Source: Candidatus Iainarchaeum sp.
GTDB lineage: Archaea; Iainarchaeota; Iainarchaeia; Iainarchaeales; CSSED10-239
DNA length: 6,354 nucleotides
Direction of reading: 5' to 3'
Assembly (NCBI GenBank): GCA_003559395.1
Contig: PWLL01000048.1
Span: 1-6,354 of the forward strand
Shown here piece after piece: positions 1 through 5,173 of the stretch. The notes under the pieces were generated by a model. The model searched no databases and was not told the DNA's origin. It saw only the letters and a list, made by a program, of their open reading frames with translations. Position 1 is the stretch's first letter; every line of letters starts with the position of its first letter. The translations under genes were made by a program, and so were the position numbers.

Positions 1-206
1 AAAAAATATACTCTGTAAAATTAATTAAGAAAAAATTAAGTGCAAAAGAAATTCTTAACCACTATGGGTTAAAAGAAATTAAAACTGATTTTCCTCTAGA
101 CTTTTTAATAGAAGAAATATTCTTAAGAAAAATAAGTCTTAAAGAAGTTTGTTCTTTAGGTTATAGTAAAACAGAAATTCTTAAAGCTGTAAAAAAAATA
201 AGATGA
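1..206 (+). CDS. 3' end of a hypothetical protein (5' end outside the window); the C-terminal 67 aa are visible
   Basis: Frame 3 is open from position 3 to TGA at 204-206. It translates to KIYSVKLIKKKLSAKEILNHYGLKEIKTDFPLDFLIEEIFLRKISLKEVCSLGYSKTEILKAVKKIR. There is an internal duplication, LSAKEILNHYGLKEIK versus ISLKEVCSLGYSKTEILK, with a helix-Gly-helix look. At DNA level gaaattcttaa occurs at both 48-58 and 174-184. I recognise no family. Confidence 0.5.
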   Translation, partial: KIYSVKLIKKKLSAKEILNHYGLKEIKTDFPLDFLIEEIFLRKISLKEVCSLGYSKTEILKAVKKIR

Positions 207-208
207 AA

Positions 209-532
209 CTATTTTTTTTTAACAGATAAATAAATATTAAGAACAAAGATAAACACAAATACAAAAATTAAAACAATTATACCAGAAGAAGCATAAGAGA
301 CTAAACCCGTGATTTTTGAAGTCGTATCTGTTGTTTTTTCTTCTTCAACAACGGTTTTATCTAAAGGAACATTTATATCTAAAGAAAGACTTTTTTTTTC
401 TGAATCTCTAGTTAATATTCTTTCTTCTGATTCGTTTGTATCTTGAGTATCTATGTTTTCTGTAGCATAAACAAAAGAAGTGCTTATGAAAAATACTAGA
501 CACAACAAAACAAATATTTTTTTCGCATACAT
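209..532 (-). CDS. Small (107 aa) secreted or surface-anchored protein with an N-terminal signal peptide, an acidic Thr-rich middle and a C-terminal TM helix plus KKK tail
   Basis: The N-terminus MYAKKIFVLLCLVFFISTSFVYA/TE looks like a Sec signal with an AxA-like cleavage site. The middle region is rich in D, E and T. The C-terminus GIIVLIFVFVFIFVLNIYLSVKKK is a hydrophobic helix followed by a basic tail. No competing plus-strand ORF exists here. No homology is recognised. Confidence 0.65.
   Translation of the reverse strand: MYAKKIFVLLCLVFFISTSFVYATENIDTQDTNESEERILTRDSEKKSLSLDINVPLDKTVVEEEKTTDTTSKITGLVSYASSGIIVLIFVFVFIFVLNIYLSVKKK
212..220 (+). terminator. T9 tract 6 nt after the TGA of the upstream plus-strand gene; candidate archaeal-type oligo-T terminator
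   Basis: tgaaactattttttttt: the T9 run at 212-220 lies inside the KKK-coding 3' end of the convergent minus-strand gene. The mirror A8 run at 191-198 gives a T8 tract downstream of the minus-strand gene's stop. Confidence 0.3.
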
Positions 533-573
533 ATTTTCTCTTTTTAACGATTTATCTGGAATTGGTTATTTGT

Positions 574-583
574 TAGGTTTATA
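574..583. repeat. Copy 1 of the 10-bp direct repeat TAGGTTTATA (TATA-box-like core) in the divergent intergenic region
   Basis: The same 10-mer occurs at 574-583 and 652-661. The 8-bp core GGTTTATA recurs at 3425-3432 in the other divergent intergenic region. Confidence 0.4.
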
Positions 584-598
584 TACATATTAACTAGG

Positions 599-618
599 AA
601 TATGTTTAAAAACATATT
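599..618. promoter_or_regulatory. Perfect 9-bp inverted repeat AATATGTTT-aa-AAACATATT; candidate operator between divergent genes
   Basis: I checked the arms base by base: 599-607 and 610-618 are exact reverse complements. The site lies between the two TAGGTTTATA copies in the 181-bp intergenic region 533-713. Confidence 0.3.
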
Positions 619-651
619 TATAAGAGCTTAATGCTGTTTTTTCATTAACTA

Positions 652-665
652 TAGGTTTATAAATA
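652..665 (+). promoter_or_regulatory. TATA-like box (TAGGTTTATAAATA) upstream of the ATP-grasp gene; copy 2 of the direct repeat
   Basis: It lies about 50-60 nt upstream of the ATG at 714. No Shine-Dalgarno motif precedes that ATG. A second AT box, atatattatttaat at 671-684, lies about 30 nt upstream and could drive a leaderless or short-leader transcript. Confidence 0.3.
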
Positions 666-713
666 ATTTGATATATTATTTAATTATCAGTTGCCTAAAA
701 ATAATCAGTAAAT

Positions 714-1646
714 ATGAACACAAAATTTTTAAAAGATTTAAAAGAAACAACTTCTAAAGAAGTTGGAGGTAAAGGATATTCTCTTAGTAAAATTTATTCT
801 TTAGGCTATAATGTGCCAAATGCTTTTGTTGTTTTTTCATGTGTTTTTGATGAATTTCTTATAGAAAATAAACTTTTAGATAAAATAAAGCTAAATCTTT
901 CAAAAGTTAATTTAAAAGAACCAAAAACAATAAAAAAAGCATCAGATCAAATTCAAGAACTTTTTTTAAAAACACCAATTTCTTCTTCTTTAAAACAAGA
1001 AATAATATCATCCTATAAAAAACTCAAAACTCAAAAAGTAGCCATAAGATCATCTGCAACAGCAGAAGATTCAAAAAAAGCTTCTTGGGCTGGACAATTG
1101 GATACTTTTTTGTATGTTTCTAAGAAAGATGTTATAGAATCTATAAAAAAATGTTGGGCATCTTTATACAATGAAAGAGCAATCTATTATAGATTTTTAA
1201 AAAAACAAGACAAAAAAGATATATCTGTAGCAGTTGTTGTCCAAAAGATGGTTGATTCTAAAGTTTCTGGTGTTAGTTTTTCTGTAAACCCAGTGACAGA
1301 AGATAAAACCCAAATAATTATTGAAAGTGCTTATGGTTTAGGTGAAGCCATTGTTTCAGGTCAAATATCAACAGATTGTGTTGTAGTTTCAAAAAAAAGC
1401 CTTAAGATTTTAGAAAAAAATATAGTTACTAAAAAAAGAGCCTTATATAAAAATAAACAAAAATATGGGTGGAAGAAAATTTCTTCTAATCTTCAAAAAA
1501 AACAAAGCCTTACTGATCAACAAATAAAAAAAATATCTATAATGATTATAGATCTAGAAAAAATAAACAAATGTGCTGTTGATATAGAATGGACACTAGA
1601 TCAAAAAATATATCTTTTGCAAGTAAGACCTATAACAAATCTATAA
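714..1646 (+). CDS. Stand-alone PPDK_N-type ATP-grasp (nucleotide-binding) domain protein of the PEP synthase / pyruvate-phosphate dikinase / rifampin phosphotransferase superfamily
   Basis: Three motifs match the N-terminal domain of PpsA, PPDK and RPH: VGGKGYSLSKIYSLGYNVPNAFVV (GGKxxxL...G.xVPxGF), VAIRSSATAEDSKKASWAGQLDTFLYV (RSSAxxEDxxxxSFAGQ) and KCWASLYNERAIYYR. The C-terminal DIEWTLDQKIYLLQVRPIT is the canonical end of that domain. The protein stops exactly there at 310 aa, with no swivel or TIM-barrel domain. Confidence 0.9.
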   Translation: MNTKFLKDLKETTSKEVGGKGYSLSKIYSLGYNVPNAFVVFSCVFDEFLIENKLLDKIKLNLSKVNLKEPKTIKKASDQIQELFLKTPISSSLKQEIISSYKKLKTQKVAIRSSATAEDSKKASWAGQLDTFLYVSKKDVIESIKKCWASLYNERAIYYRFLKKQDKKDISVAVVVQKMVDSKVSGVSFSVNPVTEDKTQIIIESAYGLGEAIVSGQISTDCVVVSKKSLKILEKNIVTKKRALYKNKQKYGWKKISSNLQKKQSLTDQQIKKISIMIIDLEKINKCAVDIEWTLDQKIYLLQVRPITNL

Positions 1647-1649
1647 AAA

Positions 1650-2411
1650 ATGATTATTATGCCACCAAGAAATAAAAAAACAATTTATGATAAACAAAAT
1701 ATCCATGACCCTTTGATAAAATTGTCATTTGGAAGACATGGACAAAAAAACCCAATAACAGGAAATCTTACAAAAAAAGGAAAAAAAGATGCAAGACAAA
1801 GAGCAAAAAAAATAAATCCTAAGAAAGTGTTTAAAGCATATACAAGTTCAGAAAAAAGAGCAAAACAAACTTTAGAAATAATTAAAGAAAACACAAAACA
1901 AAAATATAAAAGTGCTGTTAAAAAAGAACTGAACGAAAATAATGCTTTTGTTTTTTCAAAAAATACAAAAAAAATAATTGATTTTTTTAAGAATCTTGCA
2001 GGTAATAACAAATTTGCAAAAAGAACAGCAAATAAATGGCTTAACCATAAAATATCTGCAAAAATTATGAGGGCCCCAGAAGAAGTTGCAGATGAGGTTA
2101 TTAGAAAAAGAATAGGGTTAGTTGTTAGGTTTATAAGACTTAAAGAAAGTCAAGGAAAAATAAAAGAAACACCAAAAATACATATGGAAGCTATAACACA
2201 TGCAGGAATAATAATGCCTGTTTATGAAAGATTAACAGGATACAAATATTTTGAAAAATACAATGATATGCCAAATGTGAAAGAAACACTTACCTTTAAC
2301 TTTTCTCCATATAAAAAAGGAGAAGTAAAAATACTAATGAACTTTCGTAAAAGAAACTTTGATGTTACTGAAAAAGTTTATGAGATTTTAAAACAACAAA
2401 AAGTTTTATAG
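1650..2411 (+). CDS. Histidine phosphatase superfamily (branch 1, phosphoglycerate-mutase / SixA-like fold) protein
   Basis: The RHG catalytic motif FGRHGQK is present (R29-H30-G31, nt 1734-1742). It is followed by LTKKGKKDARQRAKKI and YTSSEKRAKQTLEII, which fit the LTxxGxxQA and SSxxxRAxQT patterns. The second catalytic His lies in AITHAGII (H184, nt 2199-2201). The start is 3 nt after the upstream stop. An alternative start is the ATG at 1659. Confidence 0.82.
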   Translation: MIIMPPRNKKTIYDKQNIHDPLIKLSFGRHGQKNPITGNLTKKGKKDARQRAKKINPKKVFKAYTSSEKRAKQTLEIIKENTKQKYKSAVKKELNENNAFVFSKNTKKIIDFFKNLAGNNKFAKRTANKWLNHKISAKIMRAPEEVADEVIRKRIGLVVRFIRLKESQGKIKETPKIHMEAITHAGIIMPVYERLTGYKYFEKYNDMPNVKETLTFNFSPYKKGEVKILMNFRKRNFDVTEKVYEILKQQKVL

Positions 2412-3407
2412 TTTTTTAATAATTCCTTTGCTTAAATTAATTTCTACATAATCTTTATTTTTTATATTAGAGAAAAGATCACTAACATTAACAACGCAAG
2501 GGATTTTGTTTTCTCTAGCAAAAATAGATGCATGTGAAAGTTTTGTTCCTTGTTCAGTAATAATGGCTTTTATTTCATTAATATAAGGAAAAAAATCAGG
2601 ATTTATTTTTTTTGCACACAATATTTTATTTTTACATTTTTGTAATTCCTTTTTATTTTTAATAACCATTACTTTTCCACAAATGAAATTTTCTTTATTT
2701 TTGCTAGTTACAACTCCTTTAAGAGATTTGTGTTTATTAACTTTTTTTAAATCTGAAAATATTTTATTTATCTTATTTTGATCATATGAAAAAGTTTCTT
2801 TATTAGCTTTTATATAATAGATAAATCCTTTTTTTCTTTGTTTTATTTGTTTTTCAAGATTAGTAATATTTATTTTATTTTCAATTATTTTTTCAACTTC
2901 TGAAATTGTTAAAAATAAAAGATCGTTTTTATTTATTTTTAATAAGTTTGATGTTTTTTCAAGAAAAGGAGTAATATATTTATAATGATCATTGTTCTTT
3001 ATATCTTTATAAGCTTTATTGTTTAGTTCGTTTTTTATATCACATTCATAATATATAAATCTATTATAAAAATCAAAAAATCTTAGTAATTTGAAAATTA
3101 ATAACAAATCTTCTTTTTTTTTAAGATTAATAAAATAAGTTTTTAGATCAAACATTATTTTTTTTAGTTTTTTTATGTTTTTATTAATTGTTTTTCTTTT
3201 ATTTTTAAAATTGTTTTTTGCAGAAGTACAATGTCTTTTATTTACAAGCTTAACAAATTGTTTGTTTTTGTAAATAATAATAATGTCTGGATATGTACAA
3301 TCAATTATTTTTTTATAATTAAAGTTTTTATCTGCAATACTGTTTAAGAAAATTCCTTGTTCTATATCTTTGTTAATATACCAGTCTCTAAGATTAATAT
3401 CAAACAT
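2406..3407 (-). CDS. Two-domain protein: an unrecognised N-terminal region of about 225 aa fused to a C-terminal PEP-utilizer mobile (phosphohistidine swivel) domain
   Basis: The C-terminal ~105 aa read LKGVVTSKNKENFICGKVMVIKNKKELQKCKNKILCAKKINPDFFPYINEIKAIITEQGTKLSHASIFARENKIPCVVNV. This fits the swivel-domain pattern G.xxxG.vxvi....ILVa..t.P.....l..v.gixTexGGxTSHaAIvARelgIPxVV. The candidate phospho-acceptor is His292 (codon at 2532-2534). The N-terminal region (about nt 2724-3407) is K/N-rich and looks helical, with no family motif I recognise. Confidence 0.85.
   Translation of the reverse strand: MFDINLRDWYINKDIEQGIFLNSIADKNFNYKKIIDCTYPDIIIIYKNKQFVKLVNKRHCTSAKNNFKNKRKTINKNIKKLKKIMFDLKTYFINLKKKEDLLLIFKLLRFFDFYNRFIYYECDIKNELNNKAYKDIKNNDHYKYITPFLEKTSNLLKINKNDLLFLTISEVEKIIENKINITNLEKQIKQRKKGFIYYIKANKETFSYDQNKINKIFSDLKKVNKHKSLKGVVTSKNKENFICGKVMVIKNKKELQKCKNKILCAKKINPDFFPYINEIKAIITEQGTKLSHASIFARENKIPCVVNVSDLFSNIKNKDYVEINLSKGIIKKL
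2412..2417 (+). terminator. T6 tract immediately after the TAG of the histidine-phosphatase gene; candidate oligo-T terminator
   Basis: The sequence tag-tttttt at 2409-2417 lies within the KK-coding 3' end of the convergent minus-strand gene. Confidence 0.25.
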
Positions 3408-3490
3408 AGTAATTTATTTTAAATGGTTTATAATATATATAAACTATATAGCTATAAATAGTTTACCTTTATGAAAAAATCAGATCAAAT
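3408..3490. promoter_or_regulatory. Divergent promoter region with several TATA-like boxes
   Basis: On the plus strand, ggtttataatatatataaa lies at 3425-3443 and ctataaata at 3452-3460, about 31-39 nt before the ATG at 3491. On the minus strand, tttatata lies about 28 nt before the ATG at 3407. Neither flanking gene has a Shine-Dalgarno motif, which fits short or absent leaders. Confidence 0.3.
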
Positions 3491-4210
3491 ATGAGATTAG
3501 ACAAATATTTATTAAAAAATAAACAAATAGATACTAGAAGTAAAGCAATATACTTTATAAAAAGTCAAAAAATAAAAATAAACAACCAAATAATAACAAA
3601 ACCAGCCTATAATATAAAACCAGAAGACAAAATACAGATTATTCCTAAAAAAATATATGTTAGCAAAGGAGCTTATAAACTAGAAAGTTTTTTAGAAAAA
3701 ATTTCATTTTCAATAGAAAATAAAACGATTTTAGATGTTGGTTGTTCAACAGGCGGATTTACTCATTATTTTTTAGAAAATAAAGCGAAACAAGTAGTTG
3801 CTATTGATGTTGCTAAAGATATAATATCTAAAAAACTCTTAAAATATAATAATTTAATATATAAAGATCAGATAGATGCAACAAATAAAGAAAATATTAA
3901 TTGTTTGCTAGATAGAAAAGTAGATGTTATATCTATAGATGTAAGTGATATATCTGTAAAAAAAGTATTATGTGCTGTACATGAATATCTTAAAAAAAAA
4001 GGAGCAATAATTCTATTATATAAACCACACTACGAAGGAGGAAAAGGAATTGTTTCAAAAGAAGAAAAACAAAAATTATTAGAAACTTTTGAAAAATGGA
4101 TTGTTGATAATAATATCTATAAGATCATACATAAAATAAACTCATCAGAAAGAGGAGGATATAATCTTAAAGGTAACAGAGAGATATTTTATATGTTAAA
4201 GCTTAAGTAA
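3491..4210 (+). CDS. tlyA: TlyA-family rRNA (cytidine-2'-O)-methyltransferase with an S4-like RNA-binding domain plus an FtsJ/RrmJ-type SAM methyltransferase domain
   Basis: MRLDKYLLKNKQIDTRSKAIYFIKSQKIKINNQIITKPAYNIKPEDKI is the S4 domain. YVSKGAYKLESFLEKISFSIENKTILDVGCSTGGFTHYFLENKAKQVVAIDVA matches the TlyA signature YVSRGxxKL...DxGxSTGGFTD...GAxxVxAxDV. ISIDVSDIS and LYKPHYEGGKG correspond to DVSFISL and KPQFE. Confidence 0.88.
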   Translation: MRLDKYLLKNKQIDTRSKAIYFIKSQKIKINNQIITKPAYNIKPEDKIQIIPKKIYVSKGAYKLESFLEKISFSIENKTILDVGCSTGGFTHYFLENKAKQVVAIDVAKDIISKKLLKYNNLIYKDQIDATNKENINCLLDRKVDVISIDVSDISVKKVLCAVHEYLKKKGAIILLYKPHYEGGKGIVSKEEKQKLLETFEKWIVDNNIYKIIHKINSSERGGYNLKGNREIFYMLKLK

Positions 4211-4273
4211 AATTGAATTGTTTAAATAAACTTAAATACTTTTTGGAATATAAATATATAAAAGTGATTTAAA

Positions 4274-4630
4274 ATGCCTCTAAAAAAAGTAAGAGTTGTT
4301 AAAAAACTAACAGCATTAGAAGAAAAACAAAAACTATATCAACAAAAAGGAGAAATATTAGATGTTTTTCTTAAATTTGATAAAGCATATAATCTAATAA
4401 AGCAGAAAAAAAAGCTTTCTGGAAGAAACTCATTTGAACAAAGTTTTGCAGAACTTAAAGCCATTAGTATTAAAATAAAAAAGTCAAATATATCTGAAAT
4501 AAAAAAACAAGAAATTTTAAAAAAACTTCAAGAAAACTTAAAACAAGAGCTCTTAAAAATAAAAGAAGTTTATCCTTTTCCAGAAAAACTAAAGAAAATA
4601 GAAAGATATATTATTTCTATCTATCCTTGA
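4274..4630 (+). CDS. Hypothetical lysine-rich, predicted coiled-coil protein (118 aa)
   Basis: This is an ORF in otherwise uncovered sequence. A partial SD-like GTGAT lies at 4264-4268, 5 nt before the ATG. Heptad-like K/E/L patterning occurs, for example KKQEILKKLQENLKQELLKIKE. No family is recognised. Confidence 0.5.
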   Translation: MPLKKVRVVKKLTALEEKQKLYQQKGEILDVFLKFDKAYNLIKQKKKLSGRNSFEQSFAELKAISIKIKKSNISEIKKQEILKKLQENLKQELLKIKEVYPFPEKLKKIERYIISIYP

Positions 4631-4714
4631 TATTAAGAAAATAATAAAAAAATGTGAAAAGCTTTAAAAACATGTTGGTAAACAAATATATTTTAGAAAA
4701 CTATATTTTATTAA

Positions 4715-5173
4715 ATGAAGAATATGTATGAACAAAAAATAGAAAAAATTACACTTAAAAAAATACGAAAAAAATTTAATAAATATTACTCTTTTTGTTA
4801 TGATGATGATTTTAGAAAGTGGGTTGATAGCTATGATTATATATCATATACTTTAAATAATAAAAAAATAATCGCAACACTACTTATTAAAGAATGTCCT
4901 GAGTTTCCAAGAATTTGGCAACTAGGAAGAATAATCGTAAATGAAGATTTTAGAAAAAATAATGTTGGTTCTAAACTTTTAAAAAATACAGAAGATTTTA
5001 TAAAAGAAAAAAACGGAGCCAAAATACTTGTGCATGTTTCAGATACAAACAAACCCGCACAAGCTTTCTATAAGAAAAACAACTATCTAAAAGAAGCAAC
5101 TATTAAAAAAATGAAACTAGGAAAAGAAAATCTGAACATATATAGTAAAGAAATAAAAGGAGATAAAAGATGA
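4715..5173 (+). CDS. GNAT-family N-acetyltransferase
   Basis: GNAT motif A and the acetyl-CoA pocket are recognisable in LGRIIVNEDFRKNNVGSKLLKNTEDFIKEKNGAKILVHVSDTNKPAQAFYKKNNY (hxVxxxxRxxGhGxxLh ... N..A..FYxKxGF). The 152-aa size is typical. An alternative start is the ATG at 4724. Confidence 0.85.
   Translation: MKNMYEQKIEKITLKKIRKKFNKYYSFCYDDDFRKWVDSYDYISYTLNNKKIIATLLIKECPEFPRIWQLGRIIVNEDFRKNNVGSKLLKNTEDFIKEKNGAKILVHVSDTNKPAQAFYKKNNYLKEATIKKMKLGKENLNIYSKEIKGDKR
5159..5162 (+). promoter_or_regulatory. Shine-Dalgarno (GGAG) for pyrB, inside the 3' end of the GNAT gene
   Basis: In aaggagataaaagATG the GGAG lies 7 nt upstream of the ATG at 5170. The pyrB ATG overlaps the GNAT TGA (ATGA at 5170-5173). 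Confidence 0.5.

Noticed and set aside
1685-2011. 108-aa minus-strand ORF inside the histidine-phosphatase gene
   Set aside because: It lies entirely antisense to a gene with clear family motifs. Its F/L/S-rich low-complexity sequence is what the reverse complement of AAA/GAA-rich lysine and glutamate codons produces. No start signals or motifs are present.
2640-3200. Many recurring short A/T words (for example ttatttttaata, tttttatttt) within the swivel-protein gene
   Set aside because: These are low-complexity recurrences expected from K/N/I-rich coding in DNA of this composition. I found no long exact repeats or consistent periodicity.
714-3407. Interpretation as an ordinary PEP synthase (ppsA) or a frameshifted ppsA pseudogene
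   Set aside because: The two recognisable ppsA-like parts are on opposite strands. Each forms a clean full-length ORF ending at a domain boundary, and no PEP/pyruvate-binding TIM-barrel motifs are visible. A simple frameshift or nonsense decay of ppsA does not produce this arrangement. Ancient rearrangement cannot be excluded without comparative data.
3471-3494. Mini-ORF ATG AAA AAA TCA GAT CAA ATA TGA just upstream of tlyA, overlapping its start
   Set aside because: It is only 7 codons long, has no SD and sits in AT-rich promoter DNA where short ORFs arise by chance. I cannot support it as a leader peptide from sequence alone.
4837-5052. 71-aa minus-strand ORF inside the GNAT gene
   Set aside because: It is antisense to the well-supported GNAT motif-A region, has F/S/L-rich antisense-type composition, and shows no independent evidence.
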